A stretch of DNA of 63,552 nucleotides, the filler included, from Octopus bimaculoides (lineage: Eukaryota), in NCBI RefSeq assembly GCF_001194135.2. It is 7 parts of 6 records of this genome, joined end to end, with 100 filler letters (N's around TTAATTAATTAA, not from the genome) between each part and the next. Parts side by side here need not be neighbours in the genome. Positions count along the whole stretch, not along the records: positions 21,874 to 35,501 come from NC_068984.1; positions 35,602 to 47,095 come from NC_068981.1; 5 more parts are not named here. The stretch is one strand, 5' to 3'. The position numbers and the translations under genes are program-made. The notes under the pieces were generated by a model. The model was not told where the DNA came from. It ran no database searches and was given only the letters and a program-made list of their open reading frames with translations. Shown in pieces: positions 29,185 to 44,079 of this stretch (positions are counted from its first letter, which is position 1; every line of letters begins with the position of its first letter).

Positions 29185-29590
29185 AAGGAGGGCGAAATGC
29201 TTAGCGGTATTTCATCTGCCGCTACGTTCTGAGTTCAAATTCCGCCGAGGTCGACTTTGCCTTTCATCCTTTCGGGGTCGATTAAATAAGTGCCAGTTAC
29301 GCACTGGGGTCGATATAATCGACTTAATCCGTTTGTCTGTCCTTGTTTGTCTCCTCTGTGTGTAGCCCCTTGTGGGCAGTAAAGAAATAAGAAAAGTTAG
29401 CGCGCCGGGCGAAATGCTTAGCGGTATTTCGTTTATCTTTACGATCTAGGTTCAAATTCCGCCGAGGTCGACTTTGCCTTTCATCCTTTCGAAGTCGATA
29501 AATTAAGTACGAGTTGCATACTGGAGTCGATCTAATCGACTGATCCCCTTCCCCAAATTTCGGGCCTTGTGCCTAGAGTGGAAAAGAATA
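29185..29590 (+). mobile_element. Two adjacent copies of SINE family 3 (GTTCAAAT B-box; CCGCCGAGGTCGAC...GATAAAATAAGTACCAG core)
   Basis: Related copies at 9545-9730, 28520-28900, 49160-49320, 53690-53890, 54880-55050 and 57480-58350. Confidence 0.8.
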
Positions 29591-30609
29591 TTCTCCTTAT
29601 ATTTTGTCTTCCTTTATGGTTTCTAAACTTGCGCAAGTACGAAAGGGATAAAGGAAGGTTCAGGACCTAGAAACGGAGTGTTAAAATAATTGCTTAACCG
29701 ATACAGTCCAAATCAATGGTACTACAAAATTATTTAGAACTGATAACACTCACATATCTAGAAGTCAAGAAGAAATTTTTGTTTCAATGATAATTCAGAG
29801 GAGGTGCCGAAAATACTCTGAAAACTTACTTTGCATAATAGAAGAACAGCATCGCATAAACGTGTTGAAATGAGTGAAGAAAAGAACAGCATGAATCTTA
29901 GAAGAGATGTAATGGAATGACAGAAGAGAGCAACATGAAATGGATTTGTTGGAATGACAGACGAGAAGAACAATGAGGAATAAATGATTTGGAATGTGGC
30001 TATGAATTTGAATGCGACGGTCAGAAAGAAGACTGACAAGATATAAACTTTTTACTGAATTAAGATATATCGCAATCGTCGTCGAATAAAATGTCAGCTG
30101 TCAGTGATGTGCTTTGGAGTACTAATTGAGACAAAGTTACAACATCTCGACAGAAAGAGGAGAATTAAATGCGGATTAAAGTTAGACTCGTCCGAAATAT
30201 TTTCTTTTTCTTTATATCAATACTGTGTTTATGCTTAAACGATTATTTCATGAAGAATTCCAAAGAGTCTGGGCAATTTAACTGTATGAGCAGTCTATGA
30301 TGATTACACTCGGAGAAAAAATAGGTAAGACCCTAGTCATGAAAGACAGAGTTCACTAATAGAACTCAGGGAACGCTATATCTACACAAACAGGCAACGT
30401 TTGCCAGCTGTGTAAATGTAGCCTTGTTATTCTTCATGTAGTTAGTGCCCTATGTTCTACGAAAAAGGGTTCTGTTTGTATATATATATATATATATATA
30501 TATTCTTTTCTACTATAGAAAAAGGGCCTGAAAATTCGCAGGGAGGGAGTAACTTGATTACAACGACTCCAGTGCTGGGGGTGTTAAAATATTTGAACTC
30601 TTAATATAT

Positions 30610-32400
30610 TAATTTGTCACTGTTGGAGAACTGAGAAAGTGTCTGAAGACTGGATTGAAGCCATTTTAATCTCCTTGTATAAATCGGAGCCAAAGGATCT
30701 GTGTGGTAATTTTCGTGGTATTTCGCTTTTGTCTGTGGTTGGAAAGGCACTTGCCCGCATTTTGTTAGAACGTTTAAATACCTTCATAGTTCCAAATATA
30801 GCGTCTGAATCTCAGTGTGGTTTTCGGTCCTCCAGGGGCACAATTGATTGTATCTTTACTATCAGACATTTTCAAGAAAAGTGCATTAAACAGAATCTTG
30901 TCCTATACCATTGCTTTGTTGATTTGAACAAAGCATTCGATACTGTTAATCGAAATGCTCTGTGGTTAATTCTAAGGAAAATAGGTTACCCAGAAAAATT
31001 TGTAAACCCGATCAGGGCTTTGCATCAATATATGAAAGCTAGAGTTAATTTAATGGTAGGCTCTCTGAATCTTTTGCCGTGGAAATGGAGTAAAGCAAGG
31101 AGACCTTGATGCATCCACCCTCTTTGCTATATACTTTGCAGTTGTGTTCTCACACACTTTTCAAAACTCTAAGGAGAGTATTTACATAAAGTATCGAACA
31201 GGAAATGTTATCAATCTGACCAGATTGAAATTCAAAGCGAAGGTTTTTTACTTCACTCATTGGAGAACTGTTATACGCTGACGATTGCCGATCTTATCAG
31301 TCATTCTGAAACAGATCTGCAATCTCTTGTATTTGCATTTGATTCAGCTTGTGATGATTTTGACTTGACCATCAACCACTAAAAAAACAGTTGTAATGTA
31401 CAAAATGGTCGAAATCTGGATACAGAAATACATCTGCGAATTCAAAGGATAGCACAAGCATTCGGAGGTTTGGAGTCACGCGTTTGGCGCCAGCGACATA
31501 TAAGTAAGAATACAAAGTTGGCTCTTTACAAATCATTTGTCTTACCATCCTTGTTTTATTATTGTGAAACATGGACATGTTATGAAAGACATTTTAAATT
31601 GTTAGAACAATTCCACCAAAAATGCCTTCATCGCACTTTAAATATTAAATGGGGTTCTTTTACACCAAACACAGATGTCCTTGCATCTGCAGGCATCACC
31701 TCAATTAAAGCTGTGATTTTGAGAAACTAAATGAGATGGTGTGGCTATATTGTTCGCATGCCGGATGAACGTACGCCCAAATAGCTGTTTTATGGTGAGC
31801 TTGGAGAGGGAAAACGCTATCTGTATAAACTTTAAAAAAAAGGGTTTAAGGACAGCATAAGGACTACTATGAAACCACTTGGAATGAATCCAGAGGATAT
31901 AGAAACCTTTGCTTCGGATCGAGAAGGATGGCGAACAAGAGTGCGGAGCGGAGTGAAAGCGTTTGAAGAAGCCAGGATAAGGCATGCAAGACTCAAGAGA
32001 GATTTAAGGAAGAATGTTACGATCGAGAAGATGAATCACACTGACCTTCTTGTGTGCAGTTTGTGACATATCATGCCTTTCTTTCGCTGGACTGAAATCT
32101 CATTTGTGAACCCATGGAAAACGAACCTGAACCAACTATTCTGCCTATATGTCTGTGCACACCTTTCAATGCAATGCATGCCAGAAGGTTTGTAAATCTT
32201 ACGGAAGCTTCAAAAGACAATTTAAGATCCACAAAAATCAGAACTTATCTGCAAATCTTGGTGGTCCAAATCGAATATGCAATCTGTGTGGGTGTATTTT
32301 CAAAACATTGTCTGATTTAAAAAGCCACATCAGATGCCATGATGGTTCTAAGGTGTAGGTACGGGAGGTGGTCAAACTGTGCATACGGAGTAGACAACCA
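30610..32400 (+). mobile_element. RTE (BovB-like) LINE remnant: reverse transcriptase plus C-terminal C2H2 zinc fingers
   Basis: NFRGISLLSVVGK, ESQCGFRSSRGT, FVDLNKAFDTVNR, ELLYADD (shifted frame), LFYYCETWT, RW.G.IVRMPD.R.PK.LFYGEL. Multiple frameshifts and stops. Confidence 0.93.
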
Positions 32401-35400
32401 CAATATATATATATATATANNNNNNNNNNNNNNNNNNNNNNNNNNNNNNNNNNNNNNNNNNNNNNNNNNNNNNNNNNNNNNNNNNNNNNNNNNNNNNNNN
32501 NNNNNNNNNNNNNNNNNNNNNNNNNNNNNNNNNNNNNNNNNNNNNNNNNNNNNNNNNNNNNNNNNNNNNNNNNNNNNNNNNNNNNNNNNNNNNNNNNNNN
32601 NNNNNNNNNNNNNNNNNNNNNNNNNNNNNNNNNATATATATATATATATATATATATATACGCCCGATCATGGTAGCTTGCTAAAAAGAAAATATTCTTG
32701 GATGCACCTATGCTCAGATCAAAAGGGACACTTCAGTAATGTAGCATATGGAGAGTATGCCTATGGTATCCCATTTTGTCTTGTTACCGTTAACAAGTAT
32801 TGAAGGTAGTCCACGTCAAGTGCTTTCTTCTAAGAAGTACCTTCGCGATTCTGTTGAACACTTTCAGCTTTTAATTATTGTAGAGTTAAAATGGTAGAGC
32901 AAAATCTGTCTGCTAAATATTCATATGACGAAAGATTTTTCCGTGATTAGCAATTCAATAGTTATTGAATGAATTAAAATAATTAAGCATTTATATATTT
33001 AGAAATAGTAGCAATTTATTAAAATAGTTTGAATAATATAAAACAAATTATTCTCAGAATAAAAAGAAATACAAGTCAACATATAAGGAGAATTAGTTTG
33101 CTGGCACACAAAGATAATGACTGAATGCAGTCTTTGAAAATGCCAAAGGCAGTAGTGTTTTTGTTCTGATACATAGAGCATATCAGACTTAAATACTACA
33201 AATTTATCATTTAGCATTTAATTGTTTCAGTCATTGAACTGTGATCACACTGGGATCCTGCGTTGAGAGGTTTTAGTCAAACAGCATCGACCCCAGTAAT
33301 TATTATTTTTTAAAAAATTGGTACTTATTCCCGTTGACGTTACGGGGACGTAAAAAAGAGAATGAAGAACAGTTGCTAAGCCCTGTGTTGGACAAACACA
33401 AACAGAAAGATACACACATACATAGATACACACAGACACAGAGACACACGCATGCACGAACGCACTCACTCACAGTGGGTTTCCTCACAATTTCCGCCTA
33501 CGAAGTTCACTCAAGCATTGCTCAGCTCAGGGCTATAGTAGAAGGCTTTTGTGCCAGGTGTCGCGCAATGAGACCGAACCCGAAACCATGGAGTTGCTAG
33601 GCGAGCTTAAAGAATTGGTATCAGTATCACAATCTCCTTTCTCCATTGGAATTGCCGGATCAAATACGCAATAATCATGTAAATATAGTTAGCGCAAGGT
33701 AAATAATATTGCTATATTCTTGAAACTATCATAACATGGAATTCATCAAAGGTCATGTTTGGTTTAACATTATTAACATGACCAACTAATGTAACACTGT
33801 GAGCAACGTGAACATAACATATCCTGATTGTATGATTCATATCGATTTCTTACCAATCACAGTAAAATCTATCTTATTGTCATATGCTTGACTACCACTC
33901 TATATTGACTTACGGATATTATTTCACTACATAGGTAGTTTTATTTACAGAATTTGATTGATTTATCGATCTATCGTTCACGATCGTATTAAACAACAGG
34001 AAGAAAATTCTTCAGTTGGAGATTTTAAAACAGTTGAAAGCTTCTTGAAAATGGTTAAATTAGAAATGATATTCTGGTGTAGAGTCAATGATTGTATGCA
34101 TTCATGATAATATACTCTTCACAGATTAGAAGTTGTTATTTAGATTCATAGTTCAGGGATGGAAATTACGATATGATATTTGTCCTTGACAAATACACGA
34201 ATCATTTAAAATTCTTCATTGATTATATAAAATATTTCGCGTTACACAACACATGAGTAAATTTGGAAGTGTAAACTATAAATAATAGCGTGCAGAATAT
34301 TAGGTTAAAAACCTTGGATGGAAAGGCAACCTTTAATCTGTTTTCCATCAAAGAATATTTTCGACACAGTATCATTCTACATGTTATAATTTATAACTGT
34401 ATCGACCTAGAGTTCCATTGTTAAAAATAATTTTCTTCTGATCTTTAGTTGAATACATTACACTTTTCGTCTGTACACTAGTGTCACTCAAAATAGATGT
34501 TGGCATGGAGACTATCACACTTATATTTGCTCGCCTAAAATACAGGGTTGTTCTGTTTTCCATTAAAAGTTTACAACAAGCAATTACAAAAAGACAATCC
34601 GAAACGAAAACGATATATATTCTTGGATTTAATATCCGACGTGGGTAGAAATAAATTCGGAGCGAGCTGAGTTCACCGTCTGATTTCAGTTTCTAGTTGT
34701 ATGCATTTCATATTTCCTTAAGATTTAGTCAGTGGTAGAAAGACTAGCGTATGTGCCTGGGAATGACTGTTAAACCAAGTGGCAAACTAAGTCTTTCATC
34801 ATTACTGTATCTAAGCAAGAAATCAATATTATATGAGGAATGCACACGCCTTTTGAATGTGTACATTAGATTGTGACTCGAGTCCTTTATATTAAAATGA
34901 AAGGGGAAATTGAATATAAGGACATCAATATTATCTGTCGAACGGAGAGATCATAGTAAAGCAAAAGTAAGTATTCAAACAGCTGAGACTTAAACAGGTT
35001 TTCAATCCCCACTGGAGACTAGATCATATAAGCCTTTCATGTCTTTTTGGAAGAAGCTCAAATGATAAGTTGTGCTGCGCGATAATTCCACTTTGCAATA
35101 TTTTATAAACAGGAAAGCGTCGAAATCGCGTTTCTATTTAGATGCTATAAATTTCAACTAAATGCTGTATTCATATATATTTACACGCTGATATCGAACT
35201 GTGAGAATGTGTACTCAACACTGCATTCTTATGCTTGAACAATTGTGAAGATGTCTTGCCATGAAACCGTTGGTCACTTTCTTAATCCACTAATTATATT
35301 ATATTATATGATATATGTATATTGAGAACTCAACTGTCAAGCAAAATACGTTTTTAAATCTGATGATCATTACGAACGTAAGAAAGCGCTAATTGAAGTT

Positions 35401-36614
35401 TAGGAACATTACAACACTTCAACATTGTAAAAAAATAAAATTAATACAATAATAAAAAATGTTAACACTAGCCCATGTTGTAAATTTATATATATATATA
35501 TNNNNNNNNNNNNNNNNNNNNNNNNNNNNNNNNNNNNNNNNNNNNTTAATTAATTAANNNNNNNNNNNNNNNNNNNNNNNNNNNNNNNNNNNNNNNNNNN
35601 NATATATATATATATATATATATATATAAACATCATCATCATCGTTTAATATCTGTCTTCCATGTATGCATGGGTAGGACAGTTGACAGGAGCCAACCAG
35701 ATAGAAGACTACTCCAGGCTACTGGGTCTGTTTTGGCTGGGTTTTTACAACTGGATATGTGGGTGTGTCTTTGTGAATGTTTGCCTTTTGTAATTGCATG
35801 AAATATCACTAAGCTACAGACAGTATTGTCTGTTGTCATAGCCTTGTCATCAGAGCATGTGGTGGCTCTGCATTTTTGAAGATGAATGAAAACTACCTCA
35901 CTTGAAAAACAAGTAAATGAGGGCATCTTTCTTTAAAAAATCAGCAACAGTAAGTCTCATCTATTCTGTGCAAGTATGGAAAAATATGGACATAAAACTG
36001 ATGATGGTAATGCTTTTAATAGTGCATCTTAATGATTAGGGACCTTGATTGGTGAACTCTTCCTCATTAACAACTTTTCACTATTTGTTGCAAACAACCA
36101 TCTCATATTCTCTGCTTGTTACTTTGAGCTTTTCATTGTCTACAGCGTTTGTTACTTTAACAGGTATTTTGATTGAGGTTGTCAATTTTTAATGACATTA
36201 AAGATATCTGATAGTTACTTGTGCTCCTCATATCTTACTAAATCTCAGACTGTTTTTTGTTCAAGAATGATATTTTTATGAAAACCAAGTGCCTGTGCTG
36301 AATGCACAAATATTTTAAACCCTGGTCCCTTTTGATGTTAGAAAGGCAAACTGTCTGGAAGTCTTTGAGCGTTGACTTACCAGAATGGTTGATATTTTGG
36401 CTTCTGACCTTGATCAAAACTTGATTTTAATGCAGTAATAGTGTAAACTAACTCAAAATGTAATAATAATGTTTTAATTTTTGTAATTTTACTTGAAGCA
36501 TTTATAAAACAATTACAATCAATATGATTTCTCCCTCGTATGATCAAGTTAGAATATTCTTTTAAATTTTCATAAGGAATTCAACTGCTAATGCTTTTAA
36601 TACCTTTATTTCAG

Positions 36615-37009
36615 GTGATACAGCTATTTATGAAAATGGTGTGTATTCAATAATGGGACGTACTTCTGTGGATATTATTAAGAGTGGAGGTTATAAAATA
36701 AGTGCTCTTTATGTTGAGCGACACCTATTATCACATCCACAAATTACAGACTGTGCTGTGATAGGACTTCCTGATATTACTTGGGGACAGCGTATTGCTG
36801 CTGTCCTTGTTCTTAAAGATGGTGCGGATGAAATGTCACTTGAGAATTTACAGAGATGGGCTGAAAATCTTATGCCTTACTATCAAGTCCCTACAGTTGT
36901 GCGATACCTTAAGGCCATGCCTCGAAATGCCATGGGTAAAGTTAACAAAAAGGACATTTTTGCAACTGTTTTCCCAGAGTTCAACAGGTCTTCAAGGACA
37001 ATAAGATAA
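36615..37009 (+). CDS. ACSF3: Acyl-CoA synthetase family member 3 (malonate-CoA ligase), terminal coding exon
   Basis: Acceptor TTTATTTCAG|GT GAT ACA. Translation (G)DTAIYENGVYSIMGRTSVDIIKSGGYKISALYVERHLLSHPQITDCAVIGLPDITWGQRIAAV...MPRNAMGKVNKK matches the ACSF3 C-terminal motifs GRTSVDIIK.GGYK, WGQR and PRN.MGK (adenylation-domain A10 Lys intact). Stop TAA at 37007-37009. Confidence 0.93.
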
Positions 37010-38334
37010 AATATTTTTCCTCCTTTTCTATAAATGGAAATTATTAACAAATGATTTTTGAAAAGGAAGTGAAACAAAGATATAGGTTTGGAATTAGTAA
37101 GTGATTTTTATGACTATTATTGTATTACAAATGTAGAAACTGACCACAACTGGTTTATTTGATGTGGCAGTGTAGTTGGTGATCACTGGTTGGTGTGATT
37201 AGTAATTTGCTTACTATAAAAAACATTGTAATAGTGATATTCCAATCATAGAAATATGGGGTGTTACATCATTCATCATCATTTAACATCTGTCTTCCAT
37301 GCTCTCTAGAGAAAGATTTGAATTTATAAATAATGAAATGAAGTAGAGAAATTTATACAAATGAGAGCAACAACAGTGGTGAATGTTTTTTTATTACTTT
37401 AATGAAGTAGATTATAGAATCATTGCCAGAACCACTAACCATCTTAGATGGTGTTATTGCCTTAAGCTTCTCATTACCTTAGTGATTTCTGTTGGAATAC
37501 ACAGCCTTTGTTTCAATTAATTTTCAAAATAATGAAGAATTTAGTAAAATAAATTTATTAAGCTAGCATTTGGAACAAATTCCCATGAAATTTTTATGGA
37601 AGGTTTTAATTTAGATTACTTTAAAATAGGAAGTCGGTGGCATAGAACCAAGAGCAGTCTCAGGTGGATTGGTATCAAAGGGACTAGATAGAAACAAATA
37701 CTATTGAAACAATAAAAGAAATAGGGTAGGGGGAATTTAGATAATTTTTAAACTACCAAATATTGTAATGTTTCACTAATATGATAATTCAGACCTTGAC
37801 TGACGTGTCTACTAAATATCATTGTCTCCATTATCACAATCTCTGTGTCACAACTGTTGTAGTGACTTGGATGGAATGAATGGCATGGTATCACTACTGT
37901 TGTATGCAGTAAACACTGTAAGATGTCCATTGGCAACCTAAAGGGGATAGGTTTGACAGCGATTAAAAAGATTGGAATTTATATCAATGAAAAAATGGAT
38001 GTGTTGGCTTAAAGAATCTACTTGGTGGAGTTCAAAACCCTATCAGTTGTGATGGTATGAATATCCACCTGCGTGCTAGAGAAAGATGTTTCTGTCTACA
38101 TCAGCCTCTAATCTGTAGTATCATAATTATTATCATTTCTAGTTTATATATAATAAATGGCATGATGTCATTACTTTTGTTACTATTAGATGTTGCGGTG
38201 ATGATTCACATATGTGAACAACAGTTACCAGTGAATAGTGAGACGACTTCTTTGTCATTGTTTTTGTAGTGTGCCAATTCATTCTATATTGTCTAACTAG
38301 TAGACTGGTAGAGGAATCCACCCATTAAATTTCT

Positions 38335-38720
38335 AGTGTGTCATGAGTGAGGGTGCATGACCTAGTGATTAAGGTGTTGCACTCACGATGGCAAGATTGT
38401 GGGTTTAATTTCCGGACAAGGTGATGTGTTGTGTTCTTGAGCAAAACACTTCATTTTATGTTGTTCTGCAATCACTTCAACATCTGATTTATAACACCCT
38501 GTGCACTTGTACAGGTCATGTTGATTTGATGTAAGGAGTGAGCTTATGTGAATGCAGACATTTGATGACTATGACCAAATCATCTGTGCAAGTTGTTCAG
38601 CAAGAAATTGCAGAACTGTTTTTCTTCAACCTGAGATGCTCTCATATACATATACTGTGTCGTGGGTGTTGGTCATCACTGAAACATTGTGTTGTTTTTA
38701 CTCCCCCCCCCCCCCCCCAC
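38335..38720 (+). mobile_element. tRNA-derived SINE family 4
   Basis: tRNA-like head (GGTGCATGACCTAGTGATTAAGGTGTTG...GGGTTTAATTTCC). A related copy lies on the minus strand at 19840-20090. Confidence 0.65.
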
Positions 38721-40259
38721 CATCCACCCCAAATTAAAAGGTATTAAATCATCATGCCCACTCTTAATATTTAGTCCAATTCAGTCTGTAAACACTGGAT
38801 GGTGTGAGTAGTATGGTTGAAGTGGTTGTTTTCTGTTGTCATAATTGTTGGAAGTAACCATTAATACATGTCCTTTGCCTTTATTGTTAAAAGGTTAGCA
38901 TTATCATTTCAACAGTCAAATTTAGGTGCTTCTTTCTACACCAGTTTGACTGCATCAAAATCCATTATGATAATCACTGTGTGTAGGTATTTCAATACTA
39001 TACACATGTATATATTTACATCAGGTACAGATTGTCAAAATTTCTACCACAGTACTGTACCCGTTATTAATATCCATATATATTTACTGAGCAATATATC
39101 TGCTACAATATTGTGTCCCAATATTAATCTCAACTTTTATGTTGTCTCTCCCAGTGCTGTATCCATTACAACAGGCCTTATGTACAGGTGTGATACTACC
39201 CCTGTTAGTGTATCCACTGCAATACTATCTTCATTATTAACAGCCATATATTCAGGTATTTTAACATGTCTACACTAGCTACATATTTTACAGACATGTC
39301 TATTATAATACTCTGTTATAACAATTCTCTATATAGGTGTATTATGTCAGTTTTTGTCTTCACGTTTGCATCACAACTTACTGGTGTTAAGTTCCAGTTG
39401 AATTTCAGCATTCATTGTAAAAGTTTTACATTAGCTCTAATCTTCATGAGAGATTGGCTGAAGATGATACATTTTTTAGTTCCTGTTTTGCTTATATGTT
39501 TCTTGGTTAAGTTTTGACATAAGAACAAAAGTACTGAAGAAAAGTTTTTTTAGTCAACGTTTATCAGTAATTGGGCCAAAAACTGCTTGGAGTGTTATAT
39601 TGAGCCCAGACTTTTGTTGACAGCAATATTTTTTCCATATTTCTCTCAATAATTCCTTATTTTTATTGTATACTTCTCCGTAAAATTCCTTTTTCACATT
39701 ACTGCTTTACAGTTTTGTGTTTTTAATATTTTACATACATCTCAACTGGGTATGCACTTTACGTATCATATCTTGGTAACCTCTGTGGCCAGGTTCTGCT
39801 TTTCTTGAATAGTAGCAGCTTCATTGGTAAACAATTTATATGATTCAACTTAAGTGTTACTAGGCTTCAGATTTTTCCAAGTGACTTTCTTACCCTAATA
39901 AGTGTATTACAAGTGTCCCCATTCATGTATTTGTTTGTGTGAGATCTTTATCAACTGAAACAACTCAGGTGTTTCTTGTCATTCACTGAGATGGGCATTT
40001 CTGTAGTATGCCAGTTCTTTGTACTTTTATCACTAATTTATTTCTTGTTGAGACAATGTTTTCAAATTCATTCATGATTGTTAGTGAGCCTAGCAGTCAC
40101 TTAGGCTTTGTCTAGATACCTCTATGGTCTGTATGCTCCTATTTAGCACCATACCTAGTGTATCTGTCAAGTTGTAACAATAATTGTCTTCTATTTCTTC
40201 AATGATAGCTAAAACAAAATAGTGGTTAATGGAGATGTGTTTAATCATAAATATAGTTA

Positions 40260-41200
40260 CTATTGTTTTCAATGACCTTCCCCATCTGATATTGAGCTTT
40301 TTAATGGTGTGTGTATATAAAATCCTTTTGCTTTTGACCTGAAATAATAGATTAACTCATCATTGACTTCTTGATTTGAAGTTAGTCTAAGATCATCCAA
40401 AAGACTTTGCAAACTTTTAAACGGATGATAATTAGAAAGGGTGAGGTCCAGGGAATATGGTGGATGAGTTCTTCCAGGAGATTTTTGGTCATTCATGCAG
40501 TATGGGGTTATGCACAATCATGATGGAGGATGGTCCCTTTCCTATTTGCTAAAGACAAATGTTTTTGTTGAAAGTTGTTTTTAAATGCCTTCACTGTTGG
40601 CATAAACTTCAGCTCTGGTTATTTATTGTTTAACAGCTTGTAATAAATGATTCACTGCACATCTGACCATACACTTCAAAAAAAAAATAAAAAAATAAAA
40701 ATCATGATGAAACCACTGGCACCTCTGCTTAGCATTGTGGTAAAGAATCCACTTATCTCCAGTAATGGCTCTGTCCAGGGAAGGTACTTGAAGCTGACAG
40801 GAACACAATGATGCACCATGTTTAACATGTCTGCAATTCTCTGCTGACAGGTCATAAGGAATTCACTTTCCAACCTTTGACACTTTATCAAACCTCATTT
40901 CACATCATATGGTTAATGTTGAATGCCTGCTGAGTTCCCTAATTGTATTGGTTAAGTTAGCATCATCAACTGCTTCTAATACTTTGGAACCTAGTCTTCT
41001 TGGGCGACCTTCACTTGACTCTTTTAGAGTGAAGTCCTTTCTGAAATGGGAAAACCATCTCTATATGTTCTTTTATACACTATGCCATCTCCATGTGTGT
41101 GCAAGTTATAATTGATGGTGTCCTATAAACTGGCTGGTCTCCTTTAAATTTGAGACCATGACTTCTCCGTTGATACCTTCAACTAATTTTTTAAAAGTCT
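40260..41200 (-). mobile_element. mariner (DD34D) transposase remnant
   Basis: THPPYSLDLTLSNYHPFKSLQ (HPPYSPDLAPSDYHLF motif) and LDRAITGDKWILYHN (FLDRIVTGDEKWI motif) in the ORF track. Confidence 0.85.
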
Positions 41201-41269
41201 GAAGTGTTCTATGAGTCCTATTTTGATGTTGCACAACCTTTGGAACAGACACGCACTTGAACCTTGGAA

Positions 41270-41960
41270 AGAGGCTTGATGTCTAAATAAATCTGCAACT
41301 GATTCAGCTACCATTGGTTTACCAGTATTCGGCTTTCCTTGCAAAACTCTAAGATTAGTTTTTGGAAATTTTTTGGTTACTATACAGTAAATTTCATTAA
41401 CAAATTTAAATTCTGGTATGTCTTGTGTTTCTATAATTTTCTGAAATATAATGGAACATTAATGTTGTGGTTGTCAGTACTTGGTTGCAACCCTCTTCAT
41501 AGAATATTGATGTATTCCTTAGCGTTGGCAGCCTTGTTGAATCAATTAAGTTCACTGACGCCTGCAGATAATGCTTCCCACACCATGATTCTACCACATC
41601 CATACTTAACAGTTGTCTGTAGGCTATCTGGCCTGAATCTTTCATCCGCTTCAAAGACAATGTTCTGGTGCATTGCTACATAAAAAAACCTAGACTCATT
41701 CAAACCATTCTGAATTAAAGTGCAATCTATCCTTGATCTTCTTTGACAGCTAAAGCTTCTTTGCACATCTTTTTGAATGAACCATTCAGAACACATAATG
41801 TTTGGAATTTTACAACTGGCTTCTTTGACTCTGTACACAGTGGCATTTTGAACCAGTTTCCCCATTCTATTATTGGTTTAACTCATGTGGTCATCCAATA
41901 GGGAATTTGTAGTCATGTGAGATACAGTTTCCAAAGCATTGTTGGTTTTTTATGGACATT
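41270..41960 (-). mobile_element. Tc1-family transposase remnant
   Basis: ERFRPDSLQTTVKYGCGRIMVWEALSAGVSEL matches the Tc1 motif TVKHGGGSVMVWG. Confidence 0.85.
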
Positions 41961-44079
41961 ATCTCAGTGAACGTTCTTGTTGCTACATTCATATTTGATG
42001 TTTTTATAGCATTTAGGAACTTTCTATTGAAAATGAATGTTAAACATTTATGGAAATTCAGGGTTCATACCAAGAGCAACAAGACATGCTGTCTGATTCA
42101 GGTGTATCATTCTCCTTTTCAATGCTCACCATTGTAGGTTGGTTAATACCATCAGCAGTATCACTGAGTATTTTCAGAATATTCATCCAATATGTTTCAC
42201 TATGGTAGCTGCACTTGGAATTTATTCCATAGCTCCACTATGTACAGCTTTGTTGATGAACTGTTTGTCTGTGTCCCAAGTCCCATTAGACTCATTTTTA
42301 TAAGCTTGGTCATGTTCTTCGGCTACTTGGTCAAGTCTGTTTTTTGGGGGCATAGAATCCTTTCTTATGCAAGTGTGTACTGTATCCTAAGAAGTTATAT
42401 CTTGGTCAATGGTATTCTCTGTCATCAGCATCTTTCTTTAACTTCTTCCTTGGTGGTGGCATGTACTGAACTGTGCCTTTATTGCTTGTTTCTATTTATA
42501 GAATATATTACATCATAATTGTAATATTCTTATTGCAATTTATGGCATTGGTTATCAAGTATAGACAATGACAAAATCACTGGTCTGATGTTACATCATC
42601 CCAGTTTTTCATATCTACATATTTGTTTATAACAAATATCTCCATCACCTTGCTGTATTTATTGTAACAGGCTAAATGTAGAGGTGTTGCAATACCATTA
42701 TAATTGCACCAGCCTTTGATATGTTCTTACTGAAATTATTATGACCAATGACACACGTTGGTAACTAATTTATGGTGTGAATTGTATAGTGTAATTCTTG
42801 AGAACTTAATTGAAGACCACTTGTCTTTTACTACTGTGACTATTTCCATATCACTGGTATTGTAATTATCACTGTATGGTGTATGATATAGTCTCAGATA
42901 TTTTTACCACTGTTTTCAGCAACAGCTGGTACAGTAACCAGTAGTTGTTGTAATGCTTGCTTGAGACTGCAGCAATATTTCTTCTCTGGTACTATAAATA
43001 TTATGGCAAGTCCTATAGAGAGATGTTCCCACACCTTACTTGCACTAACAGTTTTGCTTCTCTGTTACAGTGTCTATTATCACTATTCTTGCTCAGAGAT
43101 ATTTTCATGCCTTACACCAGCTTCTGATTGCAATAACACATTCACCATGTTACTATGTTTATTATAACAGTCCCTGTAACACTAGAATGTAACAACTTTG
43201 CTTTCATGTTGCTGTATCTACCATGACACTCTAAATATACATGTTTTTTCACTATACTTCCACCATCTACAAACATCTCCAAAGTGGTGTTGTATCTATG
43301 ACAAGCTTTATTATGATGGAGTTGTTTTCTTACCTTATCCACACCAGCTTGAGATTATAGTAATATCTCTATTCTGGTTTAGAGTCTGTCATGACAAACC
43401 CTGTATAAAGATGTTTTCACACACTACACCAGCTAGAGATTGTAATATTTCTTCTGTAGTACTCTATCAATTATCACAATAAGTGTTTCAAGATGACACC
43501 TATTTTTTATATTATCTACAGACCTGAGTAATTTACAGTATATACTACAGTGCTGAGTCTGTTTTATGTGAAGGATCCCCTTCGGAAGAGAAAAGGTATC
43601 CATTTTGGATAAGGACCCTATTTTTGTCAAAGATCTAAGATTTACACAGTGAAGAAATCGATGATATGGCTAATTTTAATTGTAATTAAATTTTTAATAA
43701 TCTCTTTTGAACTGTTGATTATAAACGAAACTGCTCTGATGCTGTTTTGTTTGGTTGAAGATGGTTTACTGAGTCCTTGACTATAGAGCATGTCATGGCT
43801 CCTGATCTGATTTGGTGCATCTTCCTTAATGCGTATGCAACTGCTTTTGCCGTATTCATCATGATACGAACTGTGTAAGAATGCTTTTTGCACCATACCT
43901 AGCGTGTGTATTTACATCAACTACAGACTGCAGTAACACCTCTACTATATTACTGTATCCATCATAACATGGATTGTGGAGAGGTATTAGCACTACACTT
44001 TGTGATTCTATACCAGCTACTGTTGTACAGTAACCATTATGACCTGCACTATGCAGAAGTATTCTAATACAATACCCAG

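Noticed and set aside
36705-36720. ACSF3 SALYVE instead of the usual SAL(E/D)VE
   Set aside because: A single-base difference (TAT versus GAT) in an otherwise intact exon. Could be a polymorphism or a consensus error; cannot be judged without reads.
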